Numbered from the stretch's first letter, positions 1-10,478 are shown. The stretch is DNA of 64,000 bases from an uncultured Gemmatimonadales bacterium (GCA_963730185.1 CAVSQW010000017.1:57780-121779); one strand, 5' to 3'. A program made the numbers and translations. Notes: generated by a model not told the origin, from the letters alone.

Positions 1-764
1 CAGCGGCTCGGCTCGTAGGTCAGGAGGTCGACGTCGAAGGCCTGTTGCACCGGGGGCGGCACGACGAAGAGGTGCCCCTGCGCGAAGTAGCGGGCGTGGA
101 AGAGGTACGCGACTTCGTCTGGAACGTGCGGGAATCCCTGGTACGAGAGTCGATTCAGCATCACAGCCACAACCACCACGGCGAGCCCGAGGCCGATCTC
201 GAAGCGGCCGATCCGGGGGATCTCACTCGAGGGCTCCCGCTCCCCGGCCGGACCAAAGTGGCGTTCGATCCAGGTCCCCAATCGCTCGATGACGGGGTCG
301 GGGAGGGCGGTCGCCGCCAGCGCCAGGTTGGCGACCGCGGTCAGCTGCAGGAGCGATGCGACCACCAGCTCGGCGCCGAATGCCACCGGGTTCCGGGCGA
401 CCGTGGCCGAGGCCAGCACGGCGACCGCGGCGACGAGGGCCAGGCGCCCGGGGCTGCCGAGACGCCGGACCGCGGTGAGGGCCGCCCGGATCCTCGGCAC
501 CGCGAACCCGGCCACCAGCGCGATCCAGAGGGCCGTGATCAGGAGAGGGATCGGCGTGGTGTCGAACGTCGCCGAGAGCGGCCGGAGGTGCTGATAGGCC
601 ACCCGAGGGCCGGCCTCGATCAGCGGCAACGCGGCCGCCTGACCGACGATGAGGAGGCCGGCGAACGCGCCGGTTCGCCCGGCTCCGAGACGCCGGAGGC
701 CGGCGGCCACCGCCAGCCCGACAACGCCCGCGCTTCCCAGCAGCCACAGGTCGGTAGCGCTCAC
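1..764 (-). CDS. Multi-pass membrane glycosyltransferase-like protein (ArnT/GT39-like), runs off window start
   Basis: GTG at 764 overlaps the upstream stop (GTGA). Hand translation shows hydrophobic helices and YQGFPHVPDEVAYLFHARYFAQG, a DE motif typical of GT-C enzymes. Not in the ORF track. Confidence 0.65.
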   Translation of the reverse strand, partial: MSATDLWLLGSAGVVGLAVAAGLRRLGAGRTGAFAGLLIVGQAAALPLIEAGPRVAYQHLRPLSATFDTTPIPLLITALWIALVAGFAVPRIRAALTAVRRLGSPGRLALVAAVAVLASATVARNPVAFGAELVVASLLQLTAVANLALAATALPDPVIERLGTWIERHFGPAGEREPSSEIPRIGRFEIGLGLAVVVVAVMLNRLSYQGFPHVPDEVAYLFHARYFAQGHLFVVPPPVQQAFDVDLLTYEPSR

Positions 765-2569
765 TGGCGCGGCCTGGCGAGAGAGGCTCCCTGGGTCAGC
801 TGGCCGAGGCGGGCCCGGAGATCGGCGAGCGTTGGGGCTTCGGTGGCGTCGGTCGAGAGGTTCCGTCGCTGGAGGTAGTCGCTGTTTTCGTACAGTTCCT
901 CATGCCCGCGCCGGTCCACGAAGTACCAGAACCCGTCGTCGAGGACTCCGAACAACGGGCCCCAGTGCACTGGGAAGCTGGCCGGCTGGCTGGCCTCGCC
1001 GGTGACGTGGACCACGATCGGGTCAGGCAGGCTATCGGCATTGGGCCCGAACCGGGTCAGGAGCGACTGCCCGGGGAAGGGGCCGGCGTCTCCGTTTCCG
1101 GTGAACGCGGCGATGGTCGCCGCCAAGTCACGGAGGCTCACCGGTGTCGTGACGGTGACCCCCCGCGGCAATCCCGACGGGGCCGACAGAATCAAGGGCA
1201 CCTGCACCGACGGGCGATACAGGCTGTTCCCGTGCCGCATCAACTCGTGCTCGTAGAACTCCTCGCCATGGTCTGCCGTCACGATCACGAGGGTGTTGGC
1301 CAGCGCACCGCGCCGCTCCAGCTCGGCCAGCAGCCGGCCGACTTCGGCATCGGTTGCGGCGATCGCGGCTTCGTAGGCTCGGAGCTGGTGCTCGACTTGG
1401 GCGGAATCCCAGCCGGTCCACCGGAGCTGGGCCAGGTCGGGACGGCGGAGCGAGGACGGGACCTTGAGCAGCGAATCGTAGTGAGCCGGCGCTTCGTACG
1501 GGTCATGCGCGTCGAAGAAGTTCAGAAAGACGAAGAAGGGTCGGGGCCCTTTGTGGTCCAGCCAGTGCAGGAACTCCGCCGAGACCCGGGTCCCACTTTT
1601 TCGGGCGATGCCGTTCTCCCGGTGGATCAGCCGAAGCAGCCAGGGGATGCTCGTGAGGCGGGCGCCCAGGGCGCTGGCCCGAACGATCTCGGGGAAGGAG
1701 ATCGGATAGTCCTCGTAGTGCTGGAACCCGCGGGCCAGGCCCGACGTCGAGCTGGTGTTGGCCAGGTTGCCGGTGAATCCGGCCGTCACGAAGCCGCGGC
1801 TCGTGAGCACCTCGGCCAGCGTCGGATATTGGTCGGTCATGGGGTGATCCCAACCGCGGGCGACCTCGAAGGCCCAGCGGCCGGTCATGATGCTCTCATG
1901 GCTCGGCAAGGTCCAGGGCGCGGGCGAATAGGCTTCGGCGAACCGGACGCCGCGAGACGCCAGCTGGGTCAAGTTGGGCGAAGTGGGGCGATCGAGCCCA
2001 TACGCGCTCAGGCTCATGGCCCGGACGGTGTCCAGGATGATGAGCAGCACGTTGGGTGCCCCGGCACGGGCGGCGGGGAGGGTGGACCGGGCCCTCGCTT
2101 CCCGAATCCTCGGGAGCGCCTCGACGGCAACTCCCGCGATCAGGGTCGCCCCGGTCAAACCGACGGCCAGGCCGCGGACGAGCCGGAGAATCGCGTCCGG
2201 CCAGCGGCGGGCGATTCGACCGGCGACGACGCCGAGGCCGATACCGATTGCCAGCGCCGAGAGGGGGTGGAGGCCGGGGACGTCGAGAGCGACGCTGGTG
2301 GCCGGGAGCCAGGCGACCGCCGCTAAGAAGCCGGGGAACGTCCGCAGGGCCCGGATCCGCGCTCCCAGCAGCCAGGCCACCACGGCGACCGGCGCGATCA
2401 GTAGGAGCAAGCTCACCGGCGCCGTCCACACCACCCGCGGCGCTTGATGGACGTAGCGGTCGAAGAACAGGTAGGCCGCGCCGAGTCCCAGCGCACGGAC
2501 CAGGCCGCCGCCCACGGCCGAAGCCAGAGCGACGAACACGGCGTCCCGACCCCGCCACGGGGCGCTCAT
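761..2569 (-). CDS. Membrane-anchored sulfatase-like (alkaline phosphatase superfamily) protein
   Basis: N-terminal TM helices; PNVLLIILDTVR, WTLPSH, FFDAHDPY, TADHGEEF, HGNSLY motifs. Confidence 0.88.
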   Translation of the reverse strand: MSAPWRGRDAVFVALASAVGGGLVRALGLGAAYLFFDRYVHQAPRVVWTAPVSLLLLIAPVAVVAWLLGARIRALRTFPGFLAAVAWLPATSVALDVPGLHPLSALAIGIGLGVVAGRIARRWPDAILRLVRGLAVGLTGATLIAGVAVEALPRIREARARSTLPAARAGAPNVLLIILDTVRAMSLSAYGLDRPTSPNLTQLASRGVRFAEAYSPAPWTLPSHESIMTGRWAFEVARGWDHPMTDQYPTLAEVLTSRGFVTAGFTGNLANTSSTSGLARGFQHYEDYPISFPEIVRASALGARLTSIPWLLRLIHRENGIARKSGTRVSAEFLHWLDHKGPRPFFVFLNFFDAHDPYEAPAHYDSLLKVPSSLRRPDLAQLRWTGWDSAQVEHQLRAYEAAIAATDAEVGRLLAELERRGALANTLVIVTADHGEEFYEHELMRHGNSLYRPSVQVPLILSAPSGLPRGVTVTTPVSLRDLAATIAAFTGNGDAGPFPGQSLLTRFGPNADSLPDPIVVHVTGEASQPASFPVHWGPLFGVLDDGFWYFVDRRGHEELYENSDYLQRRNLSTDATEAPTLADLRARLGQLTQGASLARPRQ

Positions 2570-4401
2570 CGGCCGAGCCCTGACCCGGGCTCCCGTTGGT
2601 CGAGTCGACTCATGAGCAGGTGGAGGAGGGCCGCAGGTGCCGTCCCGACGAGGTCCGCAGACTCGCCGGGGTCTCGGTTCAGGTCGTAAAGCTCCATCAC
2701 CCCGTCACCCCGACGAATCAGGTGGCGCCCGTTCTCGATCACCGATCGCATGTCGCCTTTGCTAACGGGATACCAGGCCGGTAGGCGGGGGGCAAAGGTC
2801 ACGCTGCTGAAGAGCGGCTCCGTGGCGGCGGGCGACCCGGGGTCCCGGAGCGCGGTCATCAACGATGGCCCGGGGAAGGGTGCGCCCCGGATCCCCGCCA
2901 GCTCGGCGACCGTGGCCGCGATGCTCCGCGTCGAGACCGGCGCGTCGATCGTCACCTGCTGGGGCAAGTGCCCCGATTGCACCATCACCAAGGGAACCGC
3001 CAGGCTTTGGATATAGAGGCTGCTGCCATGCTCCGGGACACCGTGCTCATAAAACTCTTCGCCGTGGTCCGAGGTTACGATTACCACGGTGCGGTCGAGG
3101 ACACCCCGGGTCCGAAGGGAGTCGAGCAGCCGGCCCACGCTGGCGTCGAGATAGCGGATCGACGCGTCGTAGGCGGCGATCGCTCTCGCGACCTGCCCGG
3201 TGTCGATCGGGGTGCTCGAATCGGGGCGGGCCGGGAGGCTCCGGACATAGCTGCCGGGGTTCTCGAACCCGGCCATCGGAACCGGAGGACCGTAGGGGGT
3301 ATGGGCGTCGTAGAGGTTGAGGAACGCAAAGAACGGATGACGGCCGACCTGATCGAGCCAGGCCAGAAACGACGCCGAGATCTCGGGGGACCACTTTCGC
3401 TCGGCCGGGTCCGGCTCGCCGCCCCGCAGCGCCTCGGCCCATTTCACGAGGCTCGAAGCCAGGATTGGGCTTCGGAGCACCGCGTCCAGGTTGACAGGGT
3501 AATCCTCGAAGTGCACGAAGCCGCGATCCAGCCCCGAGGTTCGCCCGGCGAACCAGACGTTCCCGACGAATCCAGCCGTCGCGTACCCGGCCGAGCGCAG
3601 CACCTCCGCGAGGGTGGGGTAGGTGTCGTCGAGAGGGTGAAACCAGTCAGCCGACAGCCCGGCCGGATCCTGACCCGTGAAGATCGCGGCGTGGGCGGGC
3701 CGAGTCCACGGCGCCGGCGAGATCGCACGGGTAAACCGGACGCCACGCCGGGCGAATGCCTCGAGCGCCGGCGTCGTGGGCCGAGCATATCCATAGGCGC
3801 TGAGATTGGACGATCGAACGGCGTCGAGAACGATGAGCAGGACGTTGGGGGCGGTCGGCGCCGCGGCAGCGAGCGTCGCGATCCGCCGGCGTTCCAGCAG
3901 TCTTCGACCCAGCGTCCGGGCGCCGGCGATGACGGCGACGGCCGCGAGCAGCCCGAGGGACACCGCTTGGAGGAGCCGGCGGGACGGGACCGGCACGAAC
4001 CGCGACAGCTGGAAGCCGAGTCCCAGGGCGAGCGCTACGCTGGCGGCTGGGTGGAGCGAGTGCACCAGCAAGAGTCCGCTCAGGGCGGAGAGCACGATCG
4101 CGGTTCCGATCACCGACCGCCAGGCCGGTCGGCGACCTCGGAGTCGGGCGCCGAGCCCGACCAGCGCCACCACGCCGACGAAGAAGAGGGCCGTTCCGAG
4201 TGGCGTGGTCCAGACTCCTTCGGGCGACCCGAACGGCGCCTCGCCCAACACCAGTACATGGGCGATTCGGACGCCATATTGGGCGAATCCGGTGACCAGG
4301 CCGGCAGCGAGGCCGGTGAGCAGGGTCGCTTCGGCGTCGACCCGCGGGTTCCGCCGGGTCGGATCCTCGCTCAACTCGCGGCCGCCGCGGCGGTGAGACA
4401 C
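2566..4401 (-). CDS. Membrane-anchored sulfatase-like protein, paralog of 761..2569
   Basis: PNVLLIVLDAVR, WTRPAH, LYDAHTPY, TSDHGEEF, HGSSLY; same architecture; 4-nt overlap with the neighbour. Confidence 0.88.
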   Translation of the reverse strand: MSHRRGGRELSEDPTRRNPRVDAEATLLTGLAAGLVTGFAQYGVRIAHVLVLGEAPFGSPEGVWTTPLGTALFFVGVVALVGLGARLRGRRPAWRSVIGTAIVLSALSGLLLVHSLHPAASVALALGLGFQLSRFVPVPSRRLLQAVSLGLLAAVAVIAGARTLGRRLLERRRIATLAAAAPTAPNVLLIVLDAVRSSNLSAYGYARPTTPALEAFARRGVRFTRAISPAPWTRPAHAAIFTGQDPAGLSADWFHPLDDTYPTLAEVLRSAGYATAGFVGNVWFAGRTSGLDRGFVHFEDYPVNLDAVLRSPILASSLVKWAEALRGGEPDPAERKWSPEISASFLAWLDQVGRHPFFAFLNLYDAHTPYGPPVPMAGFENPGSYVRSLPARPDSSTPIDTGQVARAIAAYDASIRYLDASVGRLLDSLRTRGVLDRTVVIVTSDHGEEFYEHGVPEHGSSLYIQSLAVPLVMVQSGHLPQQVTIDAPVSTRSIAATVAELAGIRGAPFPGPSLMTALRDPGSPAATEPLFSSVTFAPRLPAWYPVSKGDMRSVIENGRHLIRRGDGVMELYDLNRDPGESADLVGTAPAALLHLLMSRLDQREPGSGLGR

Positions 4402-4600
4402 CTGAGCCCTCTCCCCTCGCTGAATGCCAGTCCCGGTTCCATCGCCGGTCCGATCCGATCCGGACCCCAGGCCCGATACGCTAATCGCTGTCGCCGAAGT
4501 AAGTTGACCGGCGCAGATTCAGTGCCAACCAGGGGCCGGCGGAGGGCCTCGGACCGGCCCGATTCTGGCGTGGCCCCGACTCGGGGTGGAAAGGTGACCG

Positions 4601-5722
4601 ATGAATGGGGGGAGCACCAGGCTGAACATCGCGCTCGTGACGGCTCCAGCCGGCGTCGGCGGCCTGGAGACCGTAGTGGCCGGCCTGGCCCTTGGTCTGG
4701 CCCGCCGGGGCAATCGGGTCGTCCTGCACGCGCTCGTCGAGCCCGCGCCCGCCGCGTTGCCGGCGGTCTTTGACCCCTTGCCGGCCGCGGGGGTTACGGT
4801 CGACGTTGTGCGTCTCCCACCGCGCCGGTATCGGGCTGAGGCAGAGCGGCTCCGGGACGCGTGGGGGCAACAGCGCCCGGCGGTCGTCCACAGCCACGGT
4901 TACCACGCCGACTGCGTGGCGTGGTGGGCCGCTCGGCGGCTGAACCTGCCGCTGGTCTCCACGTCGCACGGGTTCACGGGTGGTGACCTCAAGAATCGCC
5001 TGTACGAGCGGATCGACGGTTGGGTGCTGCGACGCTTCGATCGGGTGGTGGCTGTGTCCCGTCCGCTGGGCGACCGGCTTCTGGCTTCGGGCCTTACCAC
5101 CGATCGGATGGTGGTGATCCTGAATGGCCGGGCATCGGCTGGGGAGTCGGCGGACCGAGCCGGCGCGCGGCGTCGACTGGGGCTGCCCGATCGAGGCCGA
5201 GTGGCGGGCTGGATTGGACGCCTGAGCCTCGAGAAGGGGGCTGATGTGCTGATCGATGCCCTGGAGCATCTGCCGTCCGACCTGCATCTGTCGTTCGTGG
5301 GTGACGGGCCTCTTCAGGCCCCGCTCGAGCGTCGGGTGCTCGACCGGGGATGGGAGTCGCGGGTCCATTGGCATGGGCGGATCGAAGGCATCAACCGACT
5401 CTTGGCGGCGTTCGACCTCGTGGTACTGAGCTCCCGCACGGAGGGAACCCCGATGGTGCTGCTCGAAGCGATGGGTGCCGGCGTGCCCGTGGTGGCCACC
5501 GCGGTCGGCGGGGTGCCGGACGTCGTCTCGCCGGAGGAAGCCCGACTAGTGCCGTCGGAGCGTCCCGACTTGCTGGCGGCCGCGATGGTCGATGTGTTCG
5601 AACATCCAGCCGCGGCGGCGCGGCGCGCGGACGCCGCCCGGGCTCGGGTGGAATCGGAGTTTTCCGAGGCGCGCTGGCTCGACGCGTACGAAGCCCTGTA
5701 TCGGCGGGCTGCATGTCGCTGA
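4601..5722 (+). CDS. Glycosyltransferase family 4
   Basis: GRLSLEKGAD, SRTEGTPMVLLEAM, VATAVGG motifs. Confidence 0.92.
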   Translation: MNGGSTRLNIALVTAPAGVGGLETVVAGLALGLARRGNRVVLHALVEPAPAALPAVFDPLPAAGVTVDVVRLPPRRYRAEAERLRDAWGQQRPAVVHSHGYHADCVAWWAARRLNLPLVSTSHGFTGGDLKNRLYERIDGWVLRRFDRVVAVSRPLGDRLLASGLTTDRMVVILNGRASAGESADRAGARRRLGLPDRGRVAGWIGRLSLEKGADVLIDALEHLPSDLHLSFVGDGPLQAPLERRVLDRGWESRVHWHGRIEGINRLLAAFDLVVLSSRTEGTPMVLLEAMGAGVPVVATAVGGVPDVVSPEEARLVPSERPDLLAAAMVDVFEHPAAAARRADAARARVESEFSEARWLDAYEALYRRAACR

Positions 5723-6879
5723 TCGAGCTGGGCTGGGTCCTGTTCCTGCTACCGCCGGCGATGGTGGGCCTGGCCTACGTCGGCTACCCGCTCCTGCTGA
5801 TGGTGTTGCCCCGATCGCGCCGGCAAGTGCCCGGTACGGACCCGGCCGAGTGGCCCGAGCTCACCGTCTCGGTTCCGGTCTACAACGAGGCGGGAGCGAT
5901 CGGAGGGACGCTGGACAACCTGCTGGCGACGGACTATCCGGCAGACCGCCGTCACATCCTGGTGGTATCGGATGCCTCGACGGACGGCACCGACGAGATC
6001 GTGGCGGGGTACCGGGACCGAGGAGTCCGGCTGGTCCGCCTGCCCGAGCGGAGCGGAAAGACGGCCGCCGAGAACGAAGCCGGGCGGCATCTCGCCGGGC
6101 TGATCGTCGTCAACATCGACGCGACCATCCGGATTCCCGCCTCAGCCCTGAAGAACCTGGTGCGTGCGTTCCAGGACCCGACCGTGGGCGTCGCCTCGGG
6201 TCGAGACATCAGCATCGGTGACGAAGCCAAAGAGCAGAACAAGCATGAATCGACGTACGTTGGTTACGAGATGTGGGTTCGCCGACTCGAGACTGAGCGG
6301 GGATCGATCGTGGGAGCGAGCGGCTGTTTCTACGCGATCCGGCGCTCTCTGTTCGACGCCATCTTTCCAGAAGCCCTGAGTCGGGACTTCGCCTCGCCGT
6401 TGATCGCTCGCGAGCGCGGGTTCCGGTCGGTGTCGATCGACACCGCGGTCTGCTTTGTGCCTCGGACTCGGTCGCTCCGGGCCGAGTACCGTCGCAAGGT
6501 CCGGACGATGACGCGGGGCCTCGAAACGCTCTGGTTCAAGCGAGCGCTCTTGAATCCCTCTCGCTACGGCCGATTCGCGTTCTTCCTGGCGTCCCACAAG
6601 CTGGCTCGCTGGGTCATCTTTCTGACGCTGCCGCTCTCGGCGGTCGGGGGCCTGGCGTTGGCGGGCTCATCGGCCGCGGGCTCGGTTGCGGCCGGGCTGG
6701 TCGCGCTGGGGATCGCGCTTGGCGGGGCGGCGTACGGCTGGCCGGAGGGGCGACGCATGCCCCGGGCGGTGGCCATCGCGGGATTCGCCGCGAGCAGCAG
6801 CATCGCGGGCGCCGTCGCGTGGTACCAGGCCCTTCGGGGCGAGCTCAACCCGGTGTGGGAGCCGACCCGACGTCCCTGA
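5713..6879 (+). CDS. Glycosyltransferase family 2 with C-terminal TM helices
   Basis: VPVYNEA, SDASTDGT, GKTAAEN, GASGCFYAIRR; ATG at 5713 (MSLIELGW) overlaps the GT4 end. Confidence 0.9.
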   Translation: MSLIELGWVLFLLPPAMVGLAYVGYPLLLMVLPRSRRQVPGTDPAEWPELTVSVPVYNEAGAIGGTLDNLLATDYPADRRHILVVSDASTDGTDEIVAGYRDRGVRLVRLPERSGKTAAENEAGRHLAGLIVVNIDATIRIPASALKNLVRAFQDPTVGVASGRDISIGDEAKEQNKHESTYVGYEMWVRRLETERGSIVGASGCFYAIRRSLFDAIFPEALSRDFASPLIARERGFRSVSIDTAVCFVPRTRSLRAEYRRKVRTMTRGLETLWFKRALLNPSRYGRFAFFLASHKLARWVIFLTLPLSAVGGLALAGSSAAGSVAAGLVALGIALGGAAYGWPEGRRMPRAVAIAGFAASSSIAGAVAWYQALRGELNPVWEPTRRP

Positions 6880-6896
6880 ACCGGGCGGGTCGTCGC

Positions 6897-7535
6897 TCAG
6901 CTCGGTAGGATGCCGATCAACGCTCCATAGATGTCGACCGCGGCCCGTCGGGCCAGATCGTCGGCCGCGGCGGGATCGTCCCCGACCGGCACCACGATTC
7001 GTACCAGGGCTTCCTCCGAGCGGTGCCGAATGGCGGCGTCGCGCATCAGGTCGAGCTTGACCCGGTATTCGTTGGCGACGGTCCGGCCCCGTCCCTGGTA
7101 CCAGTAATAGACGATGGCCTGCTGATCGTCCTTGGCGATGACGAAGCGATTGACCCGAATGCCGGTCCCGCCGCCGGCGGGGAGGGTCTCCCGTCGCGAG
7201 GAGATCGGTTCCCAGCCAGCTCCCGGCAGGCAGTTCTTGGGGGAGTGAATGGTCTTGCCCTGCCGCTGGCTCGAGTAATACCCCACATAGATGAAGAGCC
7301 GCTGGCCGGCGCTTCCGCCGTAGACCCGATTGACGAACGAGCTGACACCGGCCACGCGGGCCTCGGCGTCACTGATCGGGACGTCGGTGCCGCTCAGACC
7401 CTCGAGGGATTGCGGCACCGTGGCCAGCGGCGCCGCGAGCGTCATGCTCCGCTGGGCCGAGATCGACAGATTGAGGAGGCAGCCGGCTCCGAGAATCACC
7501 GCGGGAATCCAGGCTCGCCGCTGCCGGTCAGTCAT
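6897..7535 (-). CDS. epsI: Exosortase-associated EpsI family protein
   Basis: YVGYYSSQRQGKTIHSPKNCLPGAGW, VYYWYQ, ALVRI; adjacent to exosortase. Confidence 0.9.
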   Translation of the reverse strand: MTDRQRRAWIPAVILGAGCLLNLSISAQRSMTLAAPLATVPQSLEGLSGTDVPISDAEARVAGVSSFVNRVYGGSAGQRLFIYVGYYSSQRQGKTIHSPKNCLPGAGWEPISSRRETLPAGGGTGIRVNRFVIAKDDQQAIVYYWYQGRGRTVANEYRVKLDLMRDAAIRHRSEEALVRIVVPVGDDPAAADDLARRAAVDIYGALIGILPS

Positions 7536-8436
7536 CGGTTGTCTCCGCGGTGGCCCGGGCCGGGGCCAGCCGGCCTTCGATTCCCGACAAGCCCCAGGCG
7601 AACACCCCGAGGATGGCGAACGCCACCAGGAAGAGCAGCCATCCCTCCGTCAGGTGCATGAAGCCCTCGCCCAGCTTGGGATCGACAAAGAAGACCAGAA
7701 AGCCGGTGAGGAAGACTCGAATGCCGTTCAGCACCACCGCGACCGGGATGGTCACGAGGAGGAGCGCGAATCGGCTCAGGGGAAAGCGGAGCCAGAGACC
7801 CCCGGCCAGCACGCCCAGACTCAGGAGCGCGGTGAGCGAGCGGAGCCCGCTGCACGCCTCGGTGACGAAGAGCCGATGGTTCGGGATGTTGATGATGTTT
7901 CCCTCCAGCGCCGCCGGCACGTGGCGAGCCCGAAGGAGGGCCGCGCCGATCCCCGAGGCGCGGAACTGCAGCGGCAGGGCAATCGAGTTGAGCAGGACCT
8001 CGGGGAGCGGGATCGACAGGAGGAACAGCACGAATGGAAGCCACCATCGTCGTAGGCGTCCGAGGCCCGACCCGTACACCACCAGGCCGGCCAGCGCGGC
8101 CACCATCGAGATCCGCATCGTGAAGAGCTCGGCGGCGAGACCGGCGGCGAGGCGAAGCAGCACGGCGCCGATCAGGATCACCGTCCCGAGCTTCGGCGCC
8201 GGGGTCGACTCGACGGGACCCCGGCTCTTCCAGGCCAGAAACACGGCGACCGGCGCCAGCAGCAATCCATGACCGGCGTCGGGGTTGTTCCACCAGTCGT
8301 CGAGGAGCAGGACGAAGGGCCGGGCGAACAGGATCGCGAAGGCCAGCGCCGCGGCGAGGGTCGGGAGGGCGGGACGGCGGAACCGCGCGGTGAGCGAGAG
8401 CCCTGGGGCCGACAGGGCCGGTTGGGCCACTACCAC
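7528..8436 (-). CDS. Exosortase (EpsH/Xrt family)
   Basis: Multi-TM; VTEACSGLRS (Cys), NGIRV (Arg), FMHLTEG (His) catalytic triad. Confidence 0.93.
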   Translation of the reverse strand: MVVAQPALSAPGLSLTARFRRPALPTLAAALAFAILFARPFVLLLDDWWNNPDAGHGLLLAPVAVFLAWKSRGPVESTPAPKLGTVILIGAVLLRLAAGLAAELFTMRISMVAALAGLVVYGSGLGRLRRWWLPFVLFLLSIPLPEVLLNSIALPLQFRASGIGAALLRARHVPAALEGNIINIPNHRLFVTEACSGLRSLTALLSLGVLAGGLWLRFPLSRFALLLVTIPVAVVLNGIRVFLTGFLVFFVDPKLGEGFMHLTEGWLLFLVAFAILGVFAWGLSGIEGRLAPARATAETTDD

Positions 8437-9194
8437 CCTCCCCGACGGAACAGGACCACCGGCGCCGTCTTGAGCATGATCATCAGGTCGGCCCAGAACC
8501 CCTGGCGCCTGATGTACTCGAGATCATAGGCCAGCTTGTGACGAACGTCGTCGACGCTCTGGTCGTAGTGGTGGCTGATCTGCGCCAGGCCGGTGATCCC
8601 CGGCCGGACTCGCTGGCGCAGAGGGTAATCCTCCACCTCGTCCGCCAGGCGAGCGAAGATGCTGGGCCGCTCGGGCCGCGGTCCGACCAGGTTCATATCG
8701 CCCCGGAGCACGTTGAAGAGCTGGGGCAGCTCGTCCAGCCGGGCCTGACGGAACAAGCGTCCGATCCAGGTGACCCGGGGATCGTTCTTCGAGGCCCAGA
8801 CGGGCTTCAGCGATCGCTCGGCATCGACCCGCATCGTGCGGAACTTGTAGATCACGAATGGGTGGCCGCCCAGGTCGCAGGTCCGATGGCGCCCCAGCCG
8901 AAGCTCGAGTTCATCGGGTAGGCGGCGGTTCAGGCCGATCCGCGTCTGGGTGTAGAACACCGGCCCGCGAGACGTCAGTTTGATGAGGATCGCCATCACC
9001 GCCATCAGCGGAAGCGCCAGGATCAGCATCGCCGCCGCGACCCCCACGTTGAGCCACCGTCGGGCGCCCTCCGGTGGCATCGCCTCCGACAGGGCGACGG
9101 CCTGCGAAGGCCGGGCGGCCGTGACCTCTGGGGGGGTGAGTAGCGACGGCGATCCGTTCACCATGCTCTGCGTTCCCGGTTCCATCGGCCTCAA
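8430..9194 (-). CDS. Priming sugar transferase (polyprenyl glycosylphosphotransferase)
   Basis: YKFRTM, RLDELPQLFNVLRGDMNLVGPRPE, RPGITGLAQI. Confidence 0.94.
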   Translation of the reverse strand: MRPMEPGTQSMVNGSPSLLTPPEVTAARPSQAVALSEAMPPEGARRWLNVGVAAAMLILALPLMAVMAILIKLTSRGPVFYTQTRIGLNRRLPDELELRLGRHRTCDLGGHPFVIYKFRTMRVDAERSLKPVWASKNDPRVTWIGRLFRQARLDELPQLFNVLRGDMNLVGPRPERPSIFARLADEVEDYPLRQRVRPGITGLAQISHHYDQSVDDVRHKLAYDLEYIRRQGFWADLMIMLKTAPVVLFRRGGW

Positions 9195-9991
9195 AAGATG
9201 CGGGTTGCCAGGTAGGTCAGGCTGAGCGCGAGCTGGACCGGCCAGAGCACGTTCCGCACGTTGAACCCGCCTCCAGCCTTCTTGCTCTTGCCCCCGACGA
9301 CGAGCTCGTCTCCGCCGTGGACATTCAATTGATCGAGGGACTCGCCGGATTCGATGGCCCGTTGAATGTCGTCGCCGACGATGATCGGCTTGCCCCCCCG
9401 CCGGACGATCGACTTCGACATGTCGACGCCTTGCCCCGGTCCACCGGCGTCCATGATCGCATCGCTGATCAGATTGTCGGCTGGGACGGTGTAGTAACCA
9501 GGCTTGCCGACCATGCCCATGATGGCCAACCGAATGTACGACCCCTGGACGGTAACCTGTGGATCCTTGACGTACTTGCCGATTTCGGTGGTCAGGTGCG
9601 TCGACAGCTCGGATCGGAGCACGCCCTGAAGAGACACCGGAGGAAGCGCGGGAAGGCTGAGGCTTCGGTCAGGCAGCACGGTGAACTTGCCGCTGAGCGC
9701 CGCCTCGCCCACCACCATGAGGTCGACCTGATCGCCAACCTGGAAATCGCCTTCGGCGAGTCGCTGGCGGACCATCGCGGCTTCCGCCTCGCGGGCCTTC
9801 CGGTACGACTTGCTGTACCCCGGCGAGGCGGCCGCCTGGTCGAGCTCGGTCAAGGCCGCTTCGAGCTCCGACCGGGTCGCCTGCGCTCGTCGAACGTCAA
9901 CTGGGGCGGCCTGAGCCAGCAGCGCCGGCGCAAAGGCCAGCCCGGCCAGCATCACCACCCCGAGATAGTGCCCGAATCCCTTCATATCCAT
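9191..9991 (-). CDS. Polysaccharide export protein (Wza-like, SLBB domain)
   Basis: Signal peptide; GDQVDL, GMVGKPGYY, AIMDAGG; locus context. Confidence 0.8.
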   Translation of the reverse strand: MDMKGFGHYLGVVMLAGLAFAPALLAQAAPVDVRRAQATRSELEAALTELDQAAASPGYSKSYRKAREAEAAMVRQRLAEGDFQVGDQVDLMVVGEAALSGKFTVLPDRSLSLPALPPVSLQGVLRSELSTHLTTEIGKYVKDPQVTVQGSYIRLAIMGMVGKPGYYTVPADNLISDAIMDAGGPGQGVDMSKSIVRRGGKPIIVGDDIQRAIESGESLDQLNVHGGDELVVGGKSKKAGGGFNVRNVLWPVQLALSLTYLATRIF

Positions 9992-10114
9992 CCTGCTCTG
10001 AATACTGGCTGGCCGATTGGACCAACCTCCAATGCTACCACCAAGAACGGGTAGCCAACTAGACCTGTCCAGACGTCGACAGACTGATGGACTCTGATCG
10101 CGCCCCCGGTCTGG

Positions 10115-10130
10115 TGCAGATTCCGAGCCC
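10115..10130 (-). promoter_or_regulatory. Candidate sigma-54 promoter for the wza-sugar transferase-exosortase-epsI operon
   Basis: Minus strand GGGCTCGGAATCTGCA = GG-N10-GC. Confidence 0.55.
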
Positions 10131-10394
10131 AGAGCCCGCCTTCCCCGCTTCCGCGGGCCAGGAGTAGCGGATTTCGCCGGACGGAGCGGGCGAATCGACC
10201 AAGAAACCCGCGCGGTGCCCGGGCGTAGCTTCGTGTCCGGCCAGAACTTTGCGTCCCTGATCTTGGGCCCCTTCGGCGAGAGCGCAGCGGGCTGCAGAAT
10301 AGTAACATTTGGCGCCCGAACTACTTACTGACCTCGGGTTTGGTGCGCTCTCGACGTCTTTCTCCGGCTCGGTCACCCAGAATGACTCCCACGG

Positions 10395-10453
10395 TGTCGT
10401 CTAAACGCAACAGTATGTTGATTCCGAGCAACTGTTGTAGAGGCTGCCGCACA
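10395..10453. promoter_or_regulatory. Three phased 18-bp TGT-N12-AC(A/T) sites (candidate enhancer)
   Basis: TGTCGTCTAAACGCAACA (10395), TGTTGATTCCGAGCAACT (10416), TGTAGAGGCTGCCGCACA (10436). Confidence 0.6.
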
Positions 10454-10478
10454 CGGTGCCGAGGGATCGAGGGGCCAC

